Part shown: positions 1 to 12,377 of the stretch, one piece after another
Layout: each line of letters starts with the position of its first letter
How positions within the stretch are numbered: position 1 is the stretch's first letter
Assembly: GCA_951406725.2 (NCBI GenBank)
Contig: OX597834.1
Coordinates: 44,454,001-44,518,000 of the forward strand
Source: Octopus vulgaris
Lineage: Eukaryota
Reading direction: 5' to 3'
Length of the DNA stretch: 64,000 bases
Translations under genes and position numbers: made by a program
Notes under the pieces: model-generated
What the model was told of the DNA's origin: nothing
What the model saw: the letters and a program-made list of their open reading frames with translations, nothing else
Databases searched by the model: none

Positions 1-5
1 TATGA

Positions 6-36
<31 letters not shown>

Positions 37-845
37 CACATATATACATATATATATATGTGTGTATACACACACACAGGCATATATATGTATACACGAG
101 CCAGTGTCTATAACATTGTGTTTGTGTGAGTGAATGCATCTTGTGTTATTTGAGTTATGCCATTGTGCGTGTGTCTGTCTGTGCGTAAGCCGATCCTACA
201 ACGGAGCGTGTGTGTACAGTGTGATGAAGCTTGGCGTTTCATTTTTTTGTTTTTTTTTGTGTGTGTTTGTGTGTGTGTTGGAGAAAATCATGAATATATA
301 ATTATGTTTGTATTTGTTGCAAAGACTGTTTCTGGTGGTAGCAAAATAAACAAAAATAAAGCAAAAGTATAATATGAAACAAAAACCAAGAATAATAGAA
401 AACAACGTAAAATGGAATGCCATGTGAAAAATAACAACCATTAATAATATTGTATTAATACTACTACTAATAGTGATATCAATAATAAAAACAATAACAA
501 CAATAACAAATGCAAAAATAAAAACACCAATAATAACAACAACAGAAATATCAACAGTGAAAGTAAAGAAGAAACGAAAAAAAAAAAAAAGAAACCGACA
601 TGTCCCTTCTGCCTGTTGTGGAACTGTTAGTTAAGATGGTGGACAATTACAGCTTTTACCTCATTATAGCTTTAATTAGCTATTTCAGTTTACTCTAATT
701 AACTCAGTGGACATTTGTGGATGTTTACCATCTTTTAAGGCGTTCATTAGAAAGATAGAAAAATAACATCATCATCATCATCATCAACAACAACAACAAC
801 AACACCAACAGTTATATATATATATGTAAAGTATATATGTATAAT

Positions 846-881
<36 letters not shown>

Positions 882-1300
882 GTAGTACACATCAGTGTGT
901 GTATGTACAAATTTACATCTATGTGAATGCATGTATATAATTATACAGTTGTAATTATTGTGTAATCCAGACAGAGACACAAGCATATATATGTATGCGT
1001 GTATAACTGTGTGTGTCTGTGGATGCGCGTGTTTGGTAAATTAGTACCAGTTGCTGGTTCTACAAACAAGCTTTCCAATATGCAAATATATTTATTTACG
1101 TTTGTGTTGTGAATGCTGTACCTGATTTGGTGGACAGCATCCGCTATAAGAACAGGCACAGAAACGACGAAAGATATTGATAAATCGTACTTTGTATATA
1201 GATAAAAATGTAAGAGTTTCTGCTTGGAATAGTATTTTGGACGTCTGCTTATCCAGTTATTAAATCAACATCGAGCAAGCACGTATGTCTGTAAACATGC

Positions 1301-1380
<80 letters not shown>

Positions 1381-1832
1381 GTTCGCTCTTGCTCTGTATT
1401 GTGTGAGCATTGATATATTCAGTAGGTACGTTGCATTAGATATGTTCACAATTTTCTTCAATGAAACTACTATAAATTTAGAATAAATTTGTCGAAATTT
1501 TACGTCATTCGATGATTTTATTTAAATTATTTCATTTCATTACTCTCAAAGCAATTATTTCAATAATATTCCTTCCTTTCTTTCTCTCTCTCTCTTTTTT
1601 TTTTTTTGTTGCTAAAAGCTTTATAATCAAATACTCATATTTGAGTATATTGTGCATTATCTAATTTAATTGGATACATTCACTTTGATATATAGCAATT
1701 TGCTTCAGATGATGCCCTTTACATCCTTAGAAATGGCAAATTTTTTCGCATGTTAATTGAAAGGCATCATACTAAACATATCCATTTATCATAGTTATAT
1801 GCCAACGTATTTTCTAAATTACAAAAAATTAC

Positions 1833-1900
<68 letters not shown>

Positions 1901-2382
1901 GTAGATATATATACATATATACATATATGATAGTAACAACAATAATTTAAAATATGCGATTCTTTAAAGTGGTTTATGGCTTTTATAATCGTTAATTTAA
2001 TCAAACTTGACATTAGGACTATTTTCTATTTCTTCTTAACATATTTGGGAAAATTATAAATTATAATTCTCGCATATTATCGTCCAATTAATAATGTAAT
2101 TTAGCAATTTTTTTTTCATTGTTTCGTAAAGTGCGTTTTATAAGGCGTTTCTGTAAAATGGCGTGGAGTCAAATTATCTTCGATATTTCTAGCATCACAT
2201 ATTCCTTAAATTTCATTCAATATTCTATAATTATGCATTCATGTTCTATAATGCTATACCCTTAACGCCATTATGAAAATCACTTTAACATATCATGTTT
2301 CAGAATTCCTTGTAAATATTTGCCACAGGTAATGCATTCGGTGCTGGAATACACACAAGTGATATAACATTTTCAACGTGAA

Positions 2383-2597
2383 GACAGCGAGCTGGCAGAG
2401 ACGTTAGCACGCTGGGCGAAATGCTTAGCGATATTTCGTCTGTCTATACGTTCTGAGATCAAATTCCGCCGAGGTCGACTTTGCCTTTCATCCTTTTGGG
2501 GTTGATAAATTAAGTAACAGTTGCATGCTGGGGTTGATCTAGTCGACTGGGCCCATCCCCCAAAATTTTGGGCCTTGTGCCAAGAGTAGAAATGAAT
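2383..2597 (+). mobile_element. tRNA-derived SINE family A, near full length (tail type 1)
   Basis: Head GCGAGCTGGCAGA (A-box-like), B-box-like GAGATCAAATTCC, central GTCGACTTTGCCTTTCATCCTTT.GGGG..GATAAATTAAGTA shared with about 10 other copies in the window. The central block resembles a conserved SINE domain (Meta-like), from memory only. Confidence 0.9.
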
Positions 2598-2836
2598 GTT
2601 TTCAATGGAATACTATTAAGATAAATGACCTGTGCAAAACCGATGTTTCTACATAGCATCTGTCGACCACACACATGACATCGATTCTTCTAGCTGAGTC
2701 TGCTTAGACATTTTTGACCCGCTTAGGCCAACCATCTCAGCGGTGCTTTAGTTGCGAGAGTTTCAGTGTCTGGTAGCTGATCTACATTGACTGTGTTCGG
2801 ACGACCAACTCAAACACGGCTAAAATTTGACATCAG

Positions 2837-2904
<68 letters not shown>

Positions 2905-3604
2905 GAAAGGTTTTTTTTTATGAAAAGAAACGATAGATAAACACAATTAGATGAACTGAGGTAGAAATAAAAGTAACAAAAGTCATTATTGTGAATTATT
3001 AAAGAGATTTAAAGGCATGCATTTTCGTAAATTTACTAATCATTGCTTTGCATGCACACCGATTAATGAACGGTGTCAGGTCTATGTATATATATATACA
3101 TGAAAATTTTTTAATTCTATTTTCCCTTATTGACGAGTAAACTTGAATAGGAAGATACATGTATATTTAAAGGTTTTAAAAAGTGTTTCCCCTGTGATCT
3201 ATGGAAAAGGAAACAACGTAATGAACAACTAGTGCCTAGTAAAAATAAACCAACATGTCCCCCTTGCTGAGATCTCAATGTGAATATTTCCACATTGAAT
3301 ATTTTGCCAATAACTTTATTTTTCCTATTCACACCTTTTACTGCATTCCCATGAATTCTTTGAAAATATCTCAAAAGAAAGCATGATTATTTACGAATTC
3401 GATCTTTATCTTTTTTATTTATTGAGCTACAATTTGAGTTCAATTCAGATCAAATCGTGAAATCTGTTACTTCTCGTTCTAACGCTGAAAATACTGGAAC
3501 AACTAATCTTTTATGAAAGTACAATAAACCTACCCATAATTTCAGCAATTGAATTAACTATATTAGATCTCGTTTCTTTCAATTCCCTTCATATATATAT
3601 ATAC

Positions 3605-3700
3605 TAGAGTAAGCACATAAATGTGAAACAAGGTGGAAAAAAGAGTACTTAATTACCAGAGGTAGAGTAATATGCTTTATTTAAAAACGGCAGAAAATTT
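3605..3700 (-). mobile_element. 3' terminal fragment of PLE-like family F abutting (TA)n
   Basis: GAGTAAGCACATAAATGTGAAACAAGGTGGAAAAAAGAGTAC..TACCAGAGGTAGAGTAATATGCTTTATT is near-identical to 43510-43595 and 43738-43815, and matches the reverse complement of 41265-41347. Hammerhead part absent. Confidence 0.75.
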
Positions 3701-3808
3701 ATAAATATAAATTCGAGGAGAAGGGTAGATACCCATCTCTGCGTTGTTCTAAGCACTGGTTTCCTAAAACTTAAGGGATTAAGCAAAACTGAACTTATAT
3801 ATATATAC

Positions 3809-3846
<38 letters not shown>

Positions 3847-3884
3847 CATACATACATACACATATACACATATATATATATATG

Positions 3885-3942
<58 letters not shown>

Positions 3943-4664
3943 TCTCTCTCGCTTTCTCTCTCCCTATATATATATATATATATATACACATATATAGACA
4001 TTATATACATATATATATATGTATATATTTGCATATGTATATATGTTTTACCGAATATTGTTGTAGATGCAGTGAAATTAATTAAAGCGAGAAAGGTAAG
4101 AAAAATAATTAGTATAAGAAGGTGTGAAAATGTTATCTTTTTAATTATAAGATGTCATAAGCGCTGTTATATTGCAGTCACGAATATGTCAGAAACAAGA
4201 ATCCCTAGAAGCTATATTGTGGATAGCTTGGTTAAAAATGGTTAATGGCTTCGCTTTCCAAGCTTAATTTCTCATATTACTCAGAAGCTGAATATCTTAA
4301 AGAAATAGAAAAAAAATTGTAAAAGCAAAAAGATTATATATTCATTAAAACAAATATGCAAAAAGCATATTAATTAGTTGTTTTTTGTGTGAGTGTGTGC
4401 GTGTGTATTTAATTTCTAAATTTAATGAATATCTTATAATTCCTGTTACAGTGGTAAGGTTCTTCTTGTATTGGAAACGGTGTATGAAAAAGAATTGAAA
4501 ATACACATTGAAAAGGTAATTGAAAATATGTGGAATGAACCTGAATGAAGTCCTTATAGAAAAGCGACTTTAATTGGAAAAAGAAGGAAAAATCACATCT
4601 TTCTGCTGCAGTATGTATCACGGAGTAACAGAAAATATTTAATGTAAATTCTAAATTAAGAGAT

Positions 4665-4875
4665 ATTGGTTTGAAATTTTGGCGCGAAGCCAGTTATTGC
4701 AATGAAGGAGATCAGTCGATTGCATCGGTCCCAGAGCTCAGCTAATACTTATTTGATCGACGAGAGGCGAAGTTGTCCCCGGCAGTATTTGAACACGGAA
4801 CGTAAGGACAGAAGAAATGTCGCAAAGCAGTTTTCTTTTCTGAGGCGGTAACGATTGTGCTAGCTGACCATCTTA
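4665..4875 (-). mobile_element. Decayed SINE family A copy
   Basis: Degenerate reverse-complement match (AGTCGATTGCATCGG.CCCAG, TTTGAACACGGAACGTAA, TAACGATTGTGCTAGCT). Confidence 0.7.
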
Positions 4876-4888
4876 CGAATCTTCCAGT

Positions 4889-5145
4889 TAACCGCGGTAA
4901 CGATCCTGCCTTCTACCCACGGTAACGATTCTGCCAGCTAGCCGCGGTAACGATCCTGCTAGCTAACCACAGTAGCCATTCTGCTAGCTCTCAGCGGTAA
5001 CGATTATGCCAGCTCTTCACGGTAACAATTCTGCCAACTAACCGCGGTAACGATTCTGCCGGCTAATCACGGTAACAATTCTGCTAGCTCTCCGCAGTAA
5101 CGATTCTGCCAGCTTGCCGCGGTAAGTATTCTGCCAGTTCACGGT
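4889..5145. repeat. About 25-bp minisatellite (about 10 units) derived from the SINE A head
   Basis: Repeating CCGCGGTAACGATTCTGCCAGCTA-like units; the core TAACGATTCTGCCAGCT is the reverse complement of the SINE A head AGCTGGCAGAATCGTTA. Confidence 0.85.
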
Positions 5146-8120
5146 TAGTCTTATAGTTTTCCTCAGCTGTGTTTCTTTTTGTCCCAAGGTTATTTGTTGT
5201 TGAAGTTTCTGTTTCCGATGATGTGGTGTCCCCTATGAATGGTAATTCTTTAATTGCTTTTCTCGTAGCTTGCAATGTAGCAGTTGTTGATTTTATTCCT
5301 TCTGTTCCTGCAGCTTTATAGGCTGTTAATTTAACAATGGTTGTTATCGGTCTTGCTCTTGTGACCGGAAGCTATTATTGATAATACTGTTGTTGTTGGT
5401 GGTCCTGCTGCTGCTGCTGCTGCTGCTTTTCTTACCGTTTTTGCTTGTACGGTGGTGGGTATCGACAACATTGGAAACCTCTGTTTTGTTCATTTTGTTG
5501 CGCAGAGAAAATGTGATGGTTGTTGCCACAACATCAGCGACAGTTTAGCTTTCTGCCCTCAACCCCGCCACAAAGAGTATCCTCACTTTCGCATACTGAT
5601 TAGGTCCAGGATGGCTTCTATCGAAACTTAATAGATTTGTATCAATAACATCACCCGTAAACATGACCTATTCTTTTTTTTTCGGCTGGTGGATATGTAA
5701 TGAGTTAAGCTTTTCTTTAACAATCCAAGAAAGTGGCTACTACTTGCCATCAAAGATCTATTTCTAGCGCGACATGGGCCATATTTCTAGATCGCTATGA
5801 AGTCAGCACGCCACTTTAAAGTGATATTGTAGAATATATTTGGCATCCTACTTTGGTTAAAAATGCGTCCGTTTCATTTCGTTCCAATTTTCCTAGATCC
5901 GAGTTACATTCACTTATAAACGATGTTGTCTGTGTGTCCTCTTGACTCTCTTGCAGTAAATTTAAAGATTTCGTTCGCCGAAACCTGGTTAAGGATATTT
6001 AGCATTTTTCAAATCCTACAAGAAAACCGAAACTAAACTTTCTATTCGAAAATCGTTGGCGAAATTTTTAACCCTTGGTTTGCTAGCCCCGGTTTTGGGT
6101 TATTGTTAGCGTTAATGTGAACGCTAGTGGCGGAGGTGATGGTGGTGGGGATTATATTGTTAGTTATGTTGTTGCTGTTAATATTTTATTTTCGATGTTC
6201 TCATTATTAATGTTGCTGTTGATGCTGTGGCTGCCTTTTTTTTTCTGAACTTTTGCCGTCGTCTTAAATGATGTTGCATTCGTTGCATTTTTCTTTACAT
6301 TTTGTTATCGTCCTACATTTTGTCGAAGCAAGTCACTGGTGTTTATTGCCGTGTAATTGGAAGAGATTGTCGTTACAGTGCGGTAGGGTATCACTGTCAC
6401 TGTCTATCACATCGGTTTTCTTGCTTCTTTGTTGTTCTTTCTGCCGGCAGTTGTGATGGCGGAGATTTTGGCTCAAGATGGGAAAGGTGGCGCTAGAAGT
6501 GCTCTTTCTGACGGGATGTGGAAAATTTCAACATAATGCTTTGAATCTTTTAACGTATGCTTTAGACGAAAGTTTCGTAATTTCCAGAAAACAACTCTGT
6601 CCTGGAGAGTGTAAGGAAGACGGATTTGGTTGTCGAAAAATTTGACATTTCAGCAGCCACGTAAATTAGACATTTCTAAAGTTAGACTTTTAAGATACAT
6701 CCAACAACACCAAAACTGAAATACCGACTGAAGACCATCACTGCTGCACGTGACCTGATTGCTGTTAGTGTTTCCTGTATGTCAGCTGTAAGAGATAGCG
6801 TAGGTTTCCAAAATGGAAAGCTATTACAAGGTAGGTGAGATGGCGAGCGTGGTCCAGTTGAACCGGACTGCTCTGAGAATGCACTTTTAGTATCTGCTTT
6901 TCGATTCTGAATCTAAATAACTTTATAATAATATGAAAGTATTCTTTCACCTACCATTATACTGTCTAGGCGAATCTGGGATATTTGAGTGGATATATGT
7001 ACGATCATGTGTGGTAGATATTTCCACATGCTATGGCTTGATGTTAACAACAACATCTATCCATCTATGTCGATGTACAAGAAACGAAATATTCACAGGT
7101 GGAGCTCCTTGCAAATATAAGCATCATCTCATCGGTAGTTATTGTTGGAGCCTAAATTCTATTGTATCTGGCATTGGGATTATTTCAAGGTTATTTTTTT
7201 TTCCACAGGTTTTGTTCAAATCGAGGAATTGGGGAAGATATGGGACATTAAAATGAAACGCTTTTTATGTCACATTGTCCACAATCCAGCGAGTTGAAAT
7301 ACTGAATTCCGCTAAAACCATTCAGCCACCAGGTGATGGAGTTAAACCAGTAATCGGATAAGGTGTACCACACAAGCAATAATATTTCTTCCGTACAAAC
7401 CGTATTCAATGGACGAGCTCACATGAAGAAAAATAAAATGAAGTGACTTCGTTTTCGCTCAGTCGTTGGTTAGTTATCATTGATTCTGAAATATCATCCG
7501 TTTATTTAATGGAATGGAAGATGGGTAAACATCGAATATTGTCCTAATTATCCTCATTACTAGGACTGTTGGGGACCATAATCAGACTCGTGATCAATAA
7601 CAATGTTGTCGCCGTCGCCGACGTCGTCATCGTCGTCATCATCTGAGAAGAGCAATGGTGGAGAATATCAATACAGCGTTGCTTTTAGGAGACCATTTTA
7701 AATTTATTCACTGTCACTCGTCATTTCTCTCTATATCTCTCTCTATCTTCCTCTCCCTTCTACACTTGTCCCTCTCACCCTTCCTCTCTCCCCCTCTCCC
7801 GTTACCTCTCTCTTTCTCCCTCTCTCCTTCTTCCCCTCTCTCATCCTCTATCTCTCTCTCTAGTCTTTTCCTTCTACCCAGCCATTTTCCCTTCTTATTC
7901 TATAACAGTTTAAACACTCAAACATTTCGCTGAACTCCATTAGTGCCAGTAAAGCTGTCACTTCCATTTAAATACTTCTTAAAACTATATTTATCATTCT
8001 CTATCTCGACTTATATTCATTCCTAACTTATATTATTCTCATATTTGCTATCTTCCAACAAGCACTAATATTCGATTCCATTTTATAGCTCGCTCACTTT
8101 CTCTCCGCATTCCTATCTAC

Positions 8121-8194
<74 letters not shown>

Positions 8195-8402
8195 CTCATT
8201 ATGCTTATTAGCATGTCACTAACCCAGCGTAATTGGCTCTCTCTCTTTCAATCTGGATATTTGTCTCAGACATTATTCTTTGAGCCTCCGCTAATCTCTC
8301 TCTCTCACTCTAGTGGTACATAACTTTCACGGTGCCCTTGTGACCTAAGTTTCCGCTCTTTGAGATCATTTCAAGACTTCTTGTTCTTTCTTCTATAACT
8401 CC

Positions 8403-8632
8403 TATTTCTTTATTGCCCACAAGGGGCTAAACACAGAGGAAACAAACAAGGACAGACAAACGGATTAAGTCGATTACATCGATCCCAGTGCGTAACTGGT
8501 ACTTAATTTGTCGACCCCGGAAGGGTGAAAAGCAAAGTCGATCTCGGCGGAATTTGAACTCAGAACGTAACGGCAGACAAAATACCGCTAAGCATTTCGT
8601 CCGGTGTGCTAACGTTTCTGCCAGCTCACTGT
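8403..8632 (-). mobile_element. SINE family A, full length (tail type 2) with 16-bp TSD
   Basis: Full reverse-complement match. Flanks CTTTCTTCTATAACTC (8386-8401) and CTTTCTTCTATCACTC (8633-8648). Confidence 0.93.
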
Positions 8633-9297
8633 CTTTCTTCTATCACTCTGTTACCCTATAACCGTTTCCCGGTACTCCACTCGCTCTCATTGTTTCTACT
8701 TCTCTATGGCCCTCTTTCTCCTTCCATTACTCACGTTCTATCATTCTTGCTCCTTTCCTTTTATATCATCGCCAATGCAATTTCCCTCTTACACATTTCC
8801 AAACCTCCATTTCCACTTCTATTTCTCCGATTTCTCTTGCGTCTCAGATTTTGCACCATTTCTCCTATACCAATGACGTCATCATACTTCCTCTTGTCAA
8901 CGACTCAATCATGTCCGACCTATGGTTATGAAATAGCAACAGGAACATCAAAATCATTTCTCCTAATCATGCCAATGACGCCGATATACTCACTGGAACC
9001 GTCTAAATGCCATAATGCTAGAAATATCGGTCAAATCACCTTCACACAATCATCACAATTGTCAGCATCATCATCATCATCATCATCAAAATCGTTATCA
9101 TCATCATAATATCCAATAACACCACCAAAAGCAGCAGGAGGACACCTAAGAGTTATGACCTGGGTGGGCCCGGCTCCCGTAGAGTGCCAGGTATATGGGC
9201 CGAATCTCTTGTCGGATGAGAGTTGCTCTTCTGAAGATCTGTCCTGTTGTGAACTCGACTTGCTGCAAGTTTCTGTTATCTTTTCCATCATTCAATT

Positions 9298-9511
9298 AGG
9301 CGGTGAGCTGGCAGAATCGTTAGCGCACCGAGCGAAATGCTCAACGTCATTTCGTCCGTCTTTGCATTCTGAGTTCAAATTCCGCCACAGTCGACTGTAG
9401 CTTTCATCCTTCCAGGAGTCGATAAAAGAAATACCAGTTGAGAAGAGAGTCGATATAATCGAATTAACAACTCCCTAGAAATTGCTGGCCCGCTGACAAA
9501 ATATGATTCAA
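9298..9511 (+). mobile_element. SINE family A, older copy
   Basis: AGGCGGTGAGCTGGCAGAATCGTTAGC head, GAGTTCAAATTCC B-box, diverged central domain and tail. Confidence 0.88.
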
Positions 9512-9714
9512 TATGAAGACGACGAAATGCAAACAAAGGGAGATTTGGCTGCTATTTTTAACAGGCTGATCTAGCACATAGAAGGCCACACGTCACCTGC
9601 ATTCCAGGTAGTCGATAAAACATACTTTTTTTTGTCTTTACATAAATATGTAAGCAAAAGCAAAGTAGCAGAAATTGCGGAAAAGACTTGTCGACTATAG
9701 TACTGCCACCAATA

Positions 9715-10120
<406 letters not shown>

Positions 10121-10723
10121 ATTATTTAGTCAGTGTCAGCTCATGTAAAAAAAGAAATCAGTGATTGCAATCTATAAAAGATATAGTCTTTGCGTGCCAG
10201 CGTGTATCCGTCCATTTTAAAGATTTACTACGTTGTCTGCTATAAAAATTTTAAATCACAATTCCGCATTATTTTTTTCTTTCTTCTCAGATTCTTACTC
10301 AGCTGTTTCACAGTTTCTTTGTGAGAAACTTACATTTGTTTCTTTCCCCAAGGGAGACATATGTCAACAACAATGGTGTCGTTTACACAGTCTTAACCAA
10401 ATTTAGTAACATTAATTAAACGTTCAAGCTTCAGTGAATTTACCCCTGAAGTCGTTCACATCGTCAAAGCTACAGTTCTTCGGGCCTAAGCAGTTCTGAT
10501 ACGAATCTCTTGTAGCAATATTACTTTTGCGATATTTTGCCGAATACTGCTCCTATTATATTCAACATCGTCAGCGAGGCTCTCTTACTTGACCTACTTA
10601 TCTACTTATTCTCTCCCCTCTTTGTTGTACTGTTCAAGACATCTCACTCACATGCGTACAGGGTTTGTGTGAAGTTTTGTCTGTGTGAACAATATGATAT
10701 AATATAATATAATAGCTATTTTG

Positions 10724-10841
<118 letters not shown>

Positions 10842-10917
10842 GTATGTATAGATAGATATATAGATATACATATATACATGCACACAAATATGTGTGTATA
10901 CACACACACACACATAT

Positions 10918-11055
<138 letters not shown>

Positions 11056-11061
11056 TGTATG

Positions 11062-11102
<41 letters not shown>

Positions 11103-11392
11103 GTGTATCTGAGAGCATGTATGTGCACGTATATGGCACCATGTGTGCGCGCATACGCGTGTATGTGAGTGTCGATCCATTGACATCAGGCTGGAGAACC
11201 AAGCAACGTAGGTTCAATTCCCTTCCGTTAGTGTTTCCCACTCCAAACCACACAGAACGTTAGATGAACGTGTGTTTCTGCACACAAGCGTTATGAAGCG
11301 CCCAGTTTCACCAGTACCGATCAGCTCTCATTTACAAGAACTGAGATTAACTGAACAGTGAGTGTGCTCACTCGTATTAATGGCAGGTGCAC

Positions 11393-11702
11393 GAATACCC
11401 TTCGGCCATGAATGACCTTGGGATTGCAACTAGAAAGTTACCCTCCTAACCACAAGACCGGGTTGCCTTGTATGGAAGACTAGCAATCTCCCATGCGTAG
11501 CAGGGTCCCCTCTCCACCGACGTCCTTCAGGGGAAAGGCAAAGGCCGATACAGCTTGGCACCAGTGATGTCGCAACGCATTTCTGCAGGTGACTGAACAG
11601 GAGCAATGTGAATTAAAGTACCTTGCTCAAGAACGCAACATGCAGCCCGGTCCGGGAATCGAACTCACTACCTCCTGATTGTGAGCCCCACCGAGCCATG
11701 CC
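11393..11702 (-). mobile_element. tRNA-derived CORE-like SINE (family D)
   Basis: Minus strand reads GGCTCACAATCAGGAGGTAGTGAGTTCGATTCCCGGACCGGG (B-box GTTCGATTCC), then GTTCTTGAGCAAGGTACTTTA (CORE-like). Related to 55458-55718 and 61108-61365. Confidence 0.75.
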
Positions 11703-12068
11703 CTGTGAAGTATTAAAGAGCAAAGTATCACAAACTTGCAAAAGAGCGAAACATGCCTTCAGTAACTGACAGGTACCGAAGGAATTTCATTGCTTATCTC
11801 CCACTTTCACCACTCATCACGTGATGTACAGCCCTATACTGTCCGCACTCCATGATAAGGTCTCCTTCGACTTTTCATACAAGTTTGAAAAATATTTAGA
11901 ACATAAACAATTTCACCGTATTCCAACGCTATGAATAGGAATATTATTGCCTTGAATAACTCGATTTTTAAATTATTTACTCTCTTAATATAAAACAAAT
12001 ATCTAATCTTATAAATATCTCATCTGTTAACAACGTGCCATGTTTTTCTAAATCCCCATACCATTATT

Positions 12069-12137
<69 letters not shown>

Positions 12138-12342
12138 GTATGATGTATGTATGTATGTATGTATGTATGTATGTATGTATGTATGTATGTATGTATGTAT
12201 GTATGTATGTGTGTATGTATGTATGTAAGTATGTATGCATGTATCTATCTAGTTGAAATTTATAGAAAAACAAAAGACGAAGACAGGTGTTTGAACAACA
12301 AGCAAGTCTATTAGTTTGATGCTCGGGAAAAATGAAAAAGTA

Positions 12343-12377
12343 TTTTGTGTTTCGAGCCTACGCTCTTCAGCAGAAAG
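12343..12377 (-). ncRNA. Degenerate minimal hammerhead-like motif, family E (within PLE-like end 12258-12435)
   Basis: Minus: CUUU CUGCUGA A GAGC-GUAG-GCUC GAA ACAC A AAA; stem III mutated relative to the other E copies. Confidence 0.5.

Noticed and set aside
2740-2812. Possible minus-strand hammerhead (AGUUG...GAAACUCUCGCAACU)
   Set aside because: No acceptable core or UH triplet; too degenerate.
4452-4515. Candidate plus-strand exon (ttacag|...GKVLLVLETVYEKELKIHIEK|gtaatt), and a smaller one at about 4067-4096
   Set aside because: Plausible splice sites but incompatible phases, no recognisable protein and no partner exons. RNA-seq would be needed; small exons cannot be excluded.
4889-5145. 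CRISPR-like regular repeats
   Set aside because: Units are contiguous without unique spacers; eukaryotic context, no cas genes.
10271-10420. Strong polypyrimidine/AG acceptor at 10290 (similar one at 7208)
   Set aside because: Frames examined stop within about 130 nt and the peptides are unrecognisable.
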